From an uncultured Thermodesulfobacteriota bacterium (lineage in GTDB: Bacteria; Desulfobacterota; GWC2-55-46; JADFVP01), in assembly GCA_964510775.1 (NCBI GenBank), contig CAZEBZ010000002.1, forward strand, positions 8,447-72,446: a stretch of 64,000 nucleotides of DNA, in the 5' to 3' direction. Shown in pieces: positions 50,215-58,312 of this stretch. The number at the start of each line of letters is the position of its first letter. Within the stretch, counting starts at the first letter, position 1. The notes below the pieces were generated by a model. It saw nothing but the letters and a program-made list of their open reading frames with translations. It searched no databases and had not been told where the DNA came from. Position numbers and translations under genes: made by a program.

Positions 50215-52401
50215 CTAATTAGTACAATCAGCAACAGTATTACAGCTGTAGATAGCCGTAACTCCCGTAAGTATATCCGTAAAATTATGCTTACAGACCT
50301 TGTCCGTCAGAGTATTCACTGTTCTAAAGTATAGCTGCGCTCCGGCAGTCGTAGTCGCCGGCACATAGGACTCTATACAGGCCCCGTTCATCATCCTGTA
50401 CCCAAGGGGGCTTGAGCCAACAACAGTGCCCGCCGCCGCGTTGCTGCCATGTATACCCTTCATTACATTATTAACACTGTCATAACCGCCGCCGTGACAG
50501 GACAGGCAGAGATTGCCAAAGTAATTGCTGTCATTACCCGTACCAACGCCTGAGGTATAAAAAGGTGAGGCCGTACCGAGACCATCCACGGGGTGAGGTA
50601 CTCTGGAATAGTTGGCATTAGGCCCGACAAAACCCTCATCGCCATAGACATCGCGGCGGTGGCAGTTATAGCAGAAGTTCTTCAGAGAACCCGCTCCGCT
50701 CTCATTGCTTCTAAGGACCCACTTATTATTTGAGGCATGAGGCCCCTGTGGGTCTGCTGCCGAGTCCGGGCCATGACAATCCGTACACGTCATAGTCGAT
50801 TCATGAGTAACATTGGCAAAACCAGTCCTCGTGCCTGTACCGGGAAAATCAAGATAAGTAAATGTATTAGTAAGACCGAGGCCGTTAATTGGCCAATTGG
50901 GGTTAGCCAAGACAGGCGGACGGTTCTTGCCCTGAATAAATACAGGGTGAAAGCCCTTGTTGTTTACATTAAAGTCATCTGAAATATCCGATTCTTTCAC
51001 AATACTGCCGTTCGCGTTGCCAGAGGGAACAAAAGGCGGCATACTGGAGTAGGCGTAATAGGAATGACACTTCATACACAGGTAGCCCTCAAGGTTATTT
51101 CCGCCGGGCAGAGTTGATGTGAAGTCAACAACCTGATAGGTAAGGGCCGCTCCGGAGAGAGGCCAGACAGAGGGCATTACCCCCCATGAGCCTAACAAAT
51201 TAGGGCCTATGACATCTCCGTCAATACCGCCTATAGTGTGATTACCGGCCTTTGCACCGTGAGGATTATGACAATCGGCGCACTCGGCGTGTCTGTTCAG
51301 ACCAAGGTTAACGGCCGTCTCACGAGCTGGATCGCTTGAGACGGATCTTGAAGGTATATGGGCGCCGCTAACTCCCTTCACATCATGCATTGAGGTCTTA
51401 GTAAAAAGGGCATCTATGTTTTTTGCGGCCACGTTGCCATTATGGCAGTTAAGGCATGTCCACTCCTCATCTACTATTGTATGAGTCACAGGATCCGTAC
51501 CCTTCAAGAGGCTCTTTCCCGCCATGCCTCCATGAGAGCGGTGGCAGGCAAGACAGCTATGCTGCTGCGGTGTATCGTCGGCAAAACCCGCCGCGCCCAT
51601 ATCAAGGTGATAGGGATTCTCACCTGTCTGGTTCCAGAGAGCGATTGAGTCCCTGTGAACTGAGGGATTGGTATCCCAGTATTTTTTAGTATGACAGGCA
51701 GCACAGAGCACGCCGTTCTCAGGGCTCGTTACCATTAAGGCAGGGTATATGGTGCCGTGAGGGTCGTGACAGCTTGTGCATTGCAGCATGTTATTCTTAT
51801 CCAGTTTCACCGCAGCCGGCAGAGCCGATGCGGCCTTAATTTCCACATTGGCAGGTGAAGAGAGTGCGTAATCAAATGAAATGGGATGGTCGTCTCTTAG
51901 ATCCGTCCCTATATAAGCCGTAGAAACGGCAGTAAGTTTACCAGCCGTCACCCCCGGGCCTGTAACAGGCAGGGTAAATGGGCCCGTTACTGATGTGAAG
52001 TTCTTAAGAGAACCAATGGCAATAGTTCCGTCGTGACAGGAGAGGCATAGTTTTGACGAACCCGTGGGCTGGCCCATAGTGGCAACAACAGTATCGCTCT
52101 GATATATATTATAAGTAGCTCCCGAGTCAGCCCTGTTCCAGAGGGGCCCCGATGGGCTGGTATTATGAGGGGCATGACAAAATACACATATCCTTGTAGT
52201 ATTTGCCGTCTTTATCGCAGAGGAAGAGAAAGTGCTGAAGTTGTGTTTTGTCGCGGCAACTGTGGCAAAAACCGGTGTCGCGGCAAAAAACATAACGCCG
52301 GACATCAATAAGCCCAGACAAAAAACCACTGCGTGCGCTGTGCCAGTCCCTCGCAGAAAATTAACAAAAAAACTTCTTTTAATAAACTCGGCGTATCTCA
52401 A
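50215..52401 (-). CDS. Large multiheme c-type cytochrome, 11 CxxCH motifs
   Basis: 728 aa with a signal peptide and 11 CxxCH motifs (CVFCH, CLSCH, CTSCH, CAACH, CLACH, CLNCH, CADCH, CMKCH, CTDCH, CYNCH, CLSCH). Composition is rich in Thr/Ser/Gly/Asn, which suggests surface exposure. Confidence 0.8.
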   Translation of the reverse strand: MRYAEFIKRSFFVNFLRGTGTAHAVVFCLGLLMSGVMFFAATPVFATVAATKHNFSTFSSSAIKTANTTRICVFCHAPHNTSPSGPLWNRADSGATYNIYQSDTVVATMGQPTGSSKLCLSCHDGTIAIGSLKNFTSVTGPFTLPVTGPGVTAGKLTAVSTAYIGTDLRDDHPISFDYALSSPANVEIKAASALPAAVKLDKNNMLQCTSCHDPHGTIYPALMVTSPENGVLCAACHTKKYWDTNPSVHRDSIALWNQTGENPYHLDMGAAGFADDTPQQHSCLACHRSHGGMAGKSLLKGTDPVTHTIVDEEWTCLNCHNGNVAAKNIDALFTKTSMHDVKGVSGAHIPSRSVSSDPARETAVNLGLNRHAECADCHNPHGAKAGNHTIGGIDGDVIGPNLLGSWGVMPSVWPLSGAALTYQVVDFTSTLPGGNNLEGYLCMKCHSYYAYSSMPPFVPSGNANGSIVKESDISDDFNVNNKGFHPVFIQGKNRPPVLANPNWPINGLGLTNTFTYLDFPGTGTRTGFANVTHESTMTCTDCHGPDSAADPQGPHASNNKWVLRSNESGAGSLKNFCYNCHRRDVYGDEGFVGPNANYSRVPHPVDGLGTASPFYTSGVGTGNDSNYFGNLCLSCHGGGYDSVNNVMKGIHGSNAAAGTVVGSSPLGYRMMNGACIESYVPATTTAGAQLYFRTVNTLTDKVCKHNFTDILTGVTAIYSCNTVADCTN

Positions 52402-52559
52402 GAAAAACCTCCCCGCAGATTACATGCCGCTCACCACAAATAATCGCTTTTTCGATTATCTGCCATACAAATAAATAACCGGCTCTTTACTACAAAACCC
52501 CACTCAACAGACTTGGCGCTGCTCTTGGCCAAAGACTCCGGTAATCATCTCTTTGAGAC

Positions 52560-53696
52560 TCATCCGCCGCGCGTATGAATGGGTTCGCTGCCACCGCCTC
52601 CAAGATACTCAAAGACCTCTATCCTTCTATTGTAAGGATCTGCCACAAAAATATTATCAGAGGCGTCTATAAAGACCCCTCCGGGCATCCAGAACATACC
52701 GGGGCCTGCGCCGAGCTTTCCGAAGCTAAGGAGAAAGGCACCCTTGCGGGAAAATATCTGCACAGTATCAAAGATGGCATCGGCCACATATATGTTGCCC
52801 TCGGAATCTACGGCAATACCCTTTGGCCTGCCAAAATCGCCAGTGCCGTCGCCATGCTGACCAAAGCTGCTTAAATATCGGCCATTCATGTCGAATATCT
52901 GAACCCTGTAGTTCATAGAGTCCGTTACATAGAGGTCTCCTCTGGCATCAACAAAGACATCAGTAGGGTAATTAAACTGACCATCTTTGTCTCCACGACC
53001 GCCAAACGTCTTAATAAGCCTACCCTGAAGGTCGTAGGCTATTAGTTCATGCTCGCCAGTATCCACGACATAGAGGCGTTTTCTCGCGGCGTCTACGGCT
53101 AAACCCGTAGGGCGCGTCCCGCCATCAATGGAACGAATGAGCTTGCCTCGCTGATTAAAGACATAGACCTTGCGTGCGCTGGAATCACTGACATATATAT
53201 TATCGGCGTTGTCTGTGGCCACGCCCATAGGAGATATAAGAGGGTCTTTGCCTGCCCTATCGATAAATTCATACTTTTTTTTCTTCTTATCGTATATATG
53301 AACCCTCTTCAGGACAGTATCGGCAACGATAATCCTGCCGGAGACGTCTACGGCGATACCATAGGGCTTCACCATATCTCTCTTGGCGGCGCCAACAAGG
53401 ACATCGACGATTTTTTTGAAAAGACCTCTCTTGATTCCAAGATCCTCGGGCCTTGCAAGGGATATATCAAAGGCAATACGCGCAGGCGCCGGAGGTGAGG
53501 GCCATATAAGGGGCTTATGCTTAAAGTCTTTTGATTGCTGAGCTGATATGTCCGGAGTACCGCATCCAACTGAGGTAAGGAGCAGGGTAAGCACAAGGAG
53601 ACACAGACATGACAAAGAGGCCGCTTCGCGTACAGAACGCACCGAAGCATCACGCCGTTGCATGAAAAAATCATAAAAAGCAGAATATATTCTCAT
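52560..53696 (-). CDS. NHL-repeat six-bladed beta-propeller protein, probable lipoprotein
   Basis: 378 aa with six NHL repeats (IYVSDSSARKVYVFNQRG, LYVVDTGEHELIAYDLQG, LYVTDSMNYRVQIFDMNG, IYVADAIFDTVQIFSRKG, IFVADPYNRRIEVFEY and others) and an N-terminal signal with Cys (LTSVGC). Confidence 0.8.
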   Translation of the reverse strand: MRIYSAFYDFFMQRRDASVRSVREAASLSCLCLLVLTLLLTSVGCGTPDISAQQSKDFKHKPLIWPSPPAPARIAFDISLARPEDLGIKRGLFKKIVDVLVGAAKRDMVKPYGIAVDVSGRIIVADTVLKRVHIYDKKKKKYEFIDRAGKDPLISPMGVATDNADNIYVSDSSARKVYVFNQRGKLIRSIDGGTRPTGLAVDAARKRLYVVDTGEHELIAYDLQGRLIKTFGGRGDKDGQFNYPTDVFVDARGDLYVTDSMNYRVQIFDMNGRYLSSFGQHGDGTGDFGRPKGIAVDSEGNIYVADAIFDTVQIFSRKGAFLLSFGKLGAGPGMFWMPGGVFIDASDNIFVADPYNRRIEVFEYLGGGGSEPIHTRGG

Positions 53697-53717
53697 AACT
53701 TCACCAGAGCCCCGCGC

Positions 53718-54356
53718 TTATTTTCTGTGGCAGTACTGGCAGATATCCGCCCCCTCAGCCCTGAGACGAGTCTCCTGATCCGCGCCCCACTCCGCCCTGC
53801 CGTAAAGAAGACCCCTCTCGTGAGAATTATGGCATGTCCCACAAAATATCTTACCCGTAGCGGGATCAAGAGGAAGGAGCAGCGGAAGCTCCTTCTTTAT
53901 AAGCCTCATATTCTTGTATATCAACGCCGGGGGTTTAGCAAGATGACTAGGTGCCACAAAACCGCTCATCGCCGGGCCAACGCCCTCTGAGCCGGGGTGC
54001 TTTTTTATTAAATGACAACTATAACAATTTTTATTAATATCCTCGGAAAATCTAAGTTTCATATTTACATCAGATTTAAGATTCTGAGTATCAGGCATAA
54101 CCTTGTGACAGATAAGACACTTTGACCATAAAATCTCACCCTCGTCATTTATCTGCTCATGAGGATTAATAAGAGACTTTCTCGCCGCAGTTACCTTATA
54201 AGAGAGCGGTGGAGGAGCGTCCTTATCCGCCGCTTCCGCTTTTGCGGCTTTCTTTGCCGCAAAGGCATCACCGGAATTGAGCATAATAATCAGCCCGAGG
54301 ACTATTAGGGTCTGCATTATTCCTCTGTATAAAACTTCTCGCATGAAATAACCCAA
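53718..54356 (-). CDS. Tetraheme c-type cytochrome
   Basis: 212 aa with a signal peptide and four CxxCH motifs (CLICH, CYSCH, CGTCH, CQYCH). Confidence 0.75.
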   Translation of the reverse strand: MGYFMREVLYRGIMQTLIVLGLIIMLNSGDAFAAKKAAKAEAADKDAPPPLSYKVTAARKSLINPHEQINDEGEILWSKCLICHKVMPDTQNLKSDVNMKLRFSEDINKNCYSCHLIKKHPGSEGVGPAMSGFVAPSHLAKPPALIYKNMRLIKKELPLLLPLDPATGKIFCGTCHNSHERGLLYGRAEWGADQETRLRAEGADICQYCHRK

Positions 54357-54437
54357 CCTTTAGGGCGTCCGGCCAGATGCCGGAGAGCCGTACAGAGTTT
54401 ATTCCTTACACAACAAAGATTAAACAACCATTAGAAG

Positions 54438-55589
54438 CTAGCGCCCAAAGGCATAGACATATCCATCCTTGGAGGCGGCAAAGAGCCTCTCACCGGAGAT
54501 GGCCGGAGAGCTGTGGACACCTCCGCCCGTAGCATAACTCCAGCTTATCTCGCCAAGAATAATGTCAATAGCATAGATACGACCGTCCTCGGCGCCAACA
54601 TATATAAAACCATTGGAGGTAACAACAGGCGTGGAGTTAACAGGGGCCGGAAGCTTGTAATCTGCGAGCCGTCTGCCGCGCCTCATACCATAGGCCCTTA
54701 TATGACCATCCTTAAAGGCAAGGTAAATCTTGCCTCCAGCCACAACAGGAGAAGCATATACCATGGAGCTGGCGATGTTTTTTCTAAAAACAATCTTACC
54801 CGTCTCAGCATCAACACCAAAGAGCTTACGCTCTCCAGAGACAAAATAAACCTTGCCGTTCTTTAAGACAGGACTCGTGTATATAGACGAGTGGTTAATC
54901 ACCGCCCAGTTTCTGCCGCCGCTCTTGCCGTCCTGCGAATAAAGAACACCGTTCTTGCCGGCGAAGAGAACAGCGTCTTTATAGTACAGCGGTGATGCGT
55001 ATATATCGCTGTACTTCTCGTAATCAAGCGTCCTCATACGCCAGATCCGCTTTCCCGTCTTGGCGTTAAGGGCATAAAAACGCAGGTCTGATGCTCCAAA
55101 AAAGACCATGCCGCCGCCTACTACCGGTGAGGTAAGGATACTACCGTCTGCGGTGAAGCTCCACATAAGCCTGCCGTCCGAGGCATCAAGACAATAGAAC
55201 TTACCGTCCTTTGAACCAAAGAACACATGACCGTCTTTAACGGCGGGCGTAGAGAGTATCTCGCCGCCAGTGGAAAAGCTCCAGAGCTTTGCGCCCGTAG
55301 TCTCATCAAGGGCATATAGTTTTTTGTCGTATGAACCGATAAATACCTTGCCGCCCCATACAACGGGAGATGAATAAACAGGCCCATCAGTAGCGAACTT
55401 CCATAAAACCTTCAGAGGGGGCCGAGGAGCCATAGGGGCAAAAGAGGAATGATTCCTGTCCTTCATGAACATGGGCCAATCTGCGTGGCCGCTGCCCGGA
55501 AGAAAAAGTGCGGAGAGTGAACAAATAATTACAGCGGTAAGTATTTTAATAAATTCAGAGCCGTATTTTCTTCCGTAGACTTGTCTCAT
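54438..55589 (-). CDS. PQQ-repeat (BamB-like) beta-propeller protein
   Basis: 383 aa with a signal peptide and about eight repeats of the PQQ-propeller pattern (SSPVVxxGxVFxGSxDGxLYALDAxTGKxxW). Confidence 0.8.
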   Translation of the reverse strand: MRQVYGRKYGSEFIKILTAVIICSLSALFLPGSGHADWPMFMKDRNHSSFAPMAPRPPLKVLWKFATDGPVYSSPVVWGGKVFIGSYDKKLYALDETTGAKLWSFSTGGEILSTPAVKDGHVFFGSKDGKFYCLDASDGRLMWSFTADGSILTSPVVGGGMVFFGASDLRFYALNAKTGKRIWRMRTLDYEKYSDIYASPLYYKDAVLFAGKNGVLYSQDGKSGGRNWAVINHSSIYTSPVLKNGKVYFVSGERKLFGVDAETGKIVFRKNIASSMVYASPVVAGGKIYLAFKDGHIRAYGMRRGRRLADYKLPAPVNSTPVVTSNGFIYVGAEDGRIYAIDIILGEISWSYATGGGVHSSPAISGERLFAASKDGYVYAFGR

Positions 55590-55598
55590 ATACTATAA

Positions 55599-56207
55599 TC
55601 AAACCTTGAATGTTAAGAGCTTTTTCAGCGCAGAATCTGTTTTTGAACTCATACTCTCAAGTCTTTCAATAACCTCGGTCTTTACTGACATTCTTCCCGA
55701 AGCGCTCCTGTAGCACACAAGCCCCCTCGCAAGACCATTTATCTCCGCAACCTCTGCCTGAACCGCGGTAAAGCGCTCGTCAAATAGCTCCATAGAATCA
55801 TTAAAGGCGCCACGAGGCGACTCAAGGTGATGAGGCAGCCCTGCAATCCTAACAGTTAAGTCACCACCCTGTCCGGCATTCTTCATGGCCTCTATATAAA
55901 AAGCGAGCCCTCTCTCAAGACTCCTCGTCAGCACATATCCGAAGACAAGACCAGCGATAATTATAAAGGGCACACTAAAGGCCGAGAGTTTCCATATAAC
56001 AGGCCAGATTATATCCGAGGTAGAACTTGCCTGCAAGTGAATTTTATAGAGCCTCTCATCAAGCCTGCCCTCAATAAGAATATAGGCGGCTAAGAGGTCT
56101 AAAAAAAGCCCGCAGCTTACGAGTACGGCGAGACCAATTACAAAACGGCCCTGAAGGGATCTGTTTATAAAAAACCGCCTTCTCCTCAACCACGGATACT
56201 TACCCAT
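55599..56207 (-). CDS. Small membrane protein: 2 TM helices + HAMP-like linker + C-terminal coiled coil, no output domain
   Basis: About 202 aa. The first TM is FVIGLAVLVSCGLFLDLLAAYILI and the second is FSVPFIIIAGLVFGYVL, followed by a HAMP-like segment ending AFNDSMELFDERF. It is a paralog in architecture of the protein at 57131-57745. Confidence 0.5.
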   Translation of the reverse strand: MGKYPWLRRRRFFINRSLQGRFVIGLAVLVSCGLFLDLLAAYILIEGRLDERLYKIHLQASSTSDIIWPVIWKLSAFSVPFIIIAGLVFGYVLTRSLERGLAFYIEAMKNAGQGGDLTVRIAGLPHHLESPRGAFNDSMELFDERFTAVQAEVAEINGLARGLVCYRSASGRMSVKTEVIERLESMSSKTDSALKKLLTFKV

Positions 56208-56261
56208 CTTACACCTCATAAAGTTAACATAAAATCAATTAAAATTCAACTACGTGCCCGC

Positions 56262-57077
56262 TTACTTTACATGGCAGGCAAGACAGAGATTACTCCCGTA
56301 ATTATCCATAACGAGCTGCGCGTGCGTACCTGAGTAGGGGCTGTGACAGGTGCCGCAGCCCACCATGCCGCCAAAAAACTTTATCTGCGGCGGTAGCGAC
56401 GCCATGTCCCTGTAGGCGCCCCTGTATTTTCTCTTTGCCTCGGCGTAGGATACACCTACGGGGTGCGTCAGACCTGTAATATTACTGTGGCGACTCCTGA
56501 AAATATCCTGATTTTCCACCATCGCGGAGCTGCCTACTATGGCATCATGACAGCTCAGACACTTTATGCTCATCTCGTCCAGACGGGCGCCGCCCTGAGC
56601 CTGAGGGGAATAAGATGCCTTAAGAGGCCTTGGAGCGCCGCCTATATGGGCATTTACACCGGAGAGAGTGTGTATCATATTATCATCAAGGCCGCTGTGG
56701 CATAATACGCAAAACCCCTGACCTCCGGCGCTTGTCCTCAGGTGACTGGGGCCAAACCCCTGATGATGTATCTCGTGACAGGTGAGGCATGTAACCATAC
56801 CTCTCCAATCCAAGGGAAAATAAGAAGGCACCTTCATCGCGGGCGTAATGTCAACGGGATGAGTAAGCCCCTCCTCCTGGCGGTGACACTCCATACATAA
56901 CCCTGTTATATCCTTTCTTAATGTAGGTTTTTTATCTCCTGCGCCGGGAATTTTAATATGACAATCCAGACATCTCCCTGTAAAATCATGATAAGCGCCT
57001 GCCGTCCTACCGGGAACTTTAGCCGAGAATACCAGCGCACCAGCGATTAAAACAAGCAATAAGAGTACCTTCTTCAC
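56262..57077 (-). CDS. Heptaheme c-type cytochrome
   Basis: 271 aa. The GTG start is preceded by an AGAGG Shine-Dalgarno sequence. It has a signal peptide and seven CxxCH motifs (CLDCH, CMECH, CLTCH, CVLCH, CLSCH, CGTCH, CLACH), with a GLTHPV distal-ligand motif repeated twice. Confidence 0.8.
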   Translation of the reverse strand: MKKVLLLLVLIAGALVFSAKVPGRTAGAYHDFTGRCLDCHIKIPGAGDKKPTLRKDITGLCMECHRQEEGLTHPVDITPAMKVPSYFPLDWRGMVTCLTCHEIHHQGFGPSHLRTSAGGQGFCVLCHSGLDDNMIHTLSGVNAHIGGAPRPLKASYSPQAQGGARLDEMSIKCLSCHDAIVGSSAMVENQDIFRSRHSNITGLTHPVGVSYAEAKRKYRGAYRDMASLPPQIKFFGGMVGCGTCHSPYSGTHAQLVMDNYGSNLCLACHVK

Positions 57078-57114
57078 CTCGACAAAACCTCTGAATTGTA
57101 TTAGCCCCGCACAT

Positions 57115-57123
57115 GGGGGGGGG
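57115..57123. repeat. Homopolymeric G tract (G9; C9 on the coding strand) 38 nt upstream of the heptaheme cytochrome start
   Basis: acatGGGGGGGGGcactcg, inside the 53-nt gap between the HAMP-protein gene and the heptaheme cytochrome gene. Confidence 0.7.
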
Positions 57124-57130
57124 CACTCGT

Positions 57131-57745
57131 TTATTGGGCGGTCTTTATTGCTGAGATTCTTGAACTCAGCTCTTTTACGAGCCCCTCAAGCTCCCTTATA
57201 CCCTCGGCAGCTTCCCCCTCAAGACACTCACCGCTCCCCTCAAGCTCCTCAGCCTCTCGCAGAAGGGCACAGAGACTGCCGCTCTGTTTTTTTACGGCCA
57301 TTAAAGACTCCCTGGACTCTACGACAAGCCCTGTGAGTCTCTCTGTCATTTTATTCTTTTCTCTTGCCAGAAGAGCCAGTTGGTCACTCTCACGAAAAGA
57401 CGTCTCTACCGTAAGGTCTCCTGAGGCAAGAAGCTCAAGGTCGCGTGTAAGCCTGAAGATCGGGCCAGCCATCTTATGAGAGAAAAATATCGAGGTCAGG
57501 GCGATAAAGACTACGGTAACAACCATAGTGGCTATGGAATAGACTGAGGCCAATACGAGAGAGAAGATATTTATCCTCAGTGAGTATATGGCATACATGG
57601 CCTCGCCATAGGAATGGCCAAGGTCACGGCCCGTAACAAGATAAAGACCGATAGTGAGGGCCGAGAAACCGGCCGCCGTAAGGAGACAGAACTTTATCAG
57701 GAATTTAAGCTGAAAACTGCCCTCAAGCAGTCTAACACTCCTCAT
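57131..57745 (-). CDS. Small membrane protein: 2 TM helices + HAMP-like linker + C-terminal coiled coil, no output domain
   Basis: 204 aa. The TMs are at about residues 15-37 and 60-88, followed by HKMAGPIFRLTRDLELLASGDLTVETSFRESDQLALLAREKNKMTERL (HAMP pattern) and a coiled coil. A GGAGG Shine-Dalgarno lies 8 nt upstream of the ATG. Confidence 0.5.
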   Translation of the reverse strand: MRSVRLLEGSFQLKFLIKFCLLTAAGFSALTIGLYLVTGRDLGHSYGEAMYAIYSLRINIFSLVLASVYSIATMVVTVVFIALTSIFFSHKMAGPIFRLTRDLELLASGDLTVETSFRESDQLALLAREKNKMTERLTGLVVESRESLMAVKKQSGSLCALLREAEELEGSGECLEGEAAEGIRELEGLVKELSSRISAIKTAQ

Positions 57746-57840
57746 AGATTTCCCTCCTTCAAAGAGATAGCACTAATCCCAAAAACGTAAAAAGTCCACT
57801 AATCCCTACTATCACCGATGCCCGCGCTATGGTTTTTACC

Positions 57841-57869
57841 TTGACACTCTGGTGCGCGATTACTATAGT
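57841..57869 (+). promoter_or_regulatory. Near-consensus sigma70-type promoter (TTGACA-17 bp-TATAGT) on the plus strand
   Basis: ttgaca ctctggtgcgcgattac tatagt. It reads toward the G-rich repeat block and tRNA-Cys. It was identified from the sequence only. Confidence 0.4.
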
Positions 57870-57985
57870 GTCTATGTCTTTACTATCGGCGTCTCAGGCG
57901 AAAAGTTTAAGAAAAAGGGCGCTGCAAGAGGTATAATAAGGACGCGACACTTAAGAGACGCACTAAGGGCCTCATCTTGCTAACA

Positions 57986-58142
57986 GGGTAGAGGGCATAA
58001 GGGGTAGAGAGCAGAAGGGGCAGAGGGCATAAGGGGTAGAGGGCATAAGGGGTAAGAGGCAGGAGAGGGGCAGAGGGCAGGAGAGGGGCAAGGGGCAGGA
58101 GAGGGGCAGAGGGCAGCAGGGGTACAGGGGACAGGAGGGGTA
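57986..58142 (+). repeat. G-rich tandem repeat of 18-nt units (AGGGCATAAGGGGTAGAG x3, then GGGCAGGAGAGGGGCAGA x3-4)
   Basis: The plus strand carries GGG/GGGG runs every 6-9 nt over about 160 nt. The spurious minus-strand ORF across it translates as repeated PLPLSCPLPLSC, which reflects the periodicity. Confidence 0.8.
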
Positions 58143-58213
58143 AAGAAAGGGCGGGGTCATAAAACCCGCCGTCTCATTGAACCTTTTTAAGATTACACAT
58201 ACATTTACACTCT

Positions 58214-58289
58214 GGCGGCGTACCCAAGTGGCTAAGGGAGCAGTCTGCAACACTGCCATCCAGCGGTTCGAATCCGCTCGCCGCCTCCA
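58214..58289 (+). tRNA. tRNA-Cys (GCA), CCA encoded
   Basis: GGCGGCGTACCCAAGTGGCTAAGGGAGCAGTCTGCAACACTGCCATCCAGCGGTTCGAATCCGCTCGCCGCCTCCA. It has a 7-bp acceptor stem, the anticodon loop CTGCAAC with anticodon GCA, and a GGTTCGAAT T-loop. Confidence 0.9.
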
Positions 58290-58312
58290 TTTTTTCTTAT
58301 ACTCTCATAAAT

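Noticed and set aside
57972-58259. 95-aa minus-strand ORF with PLPLSC repeats
   Set aside because: A translation artefact of the G-rich 18-nt tandem repeat. It also overlaps tRNA-Cys.
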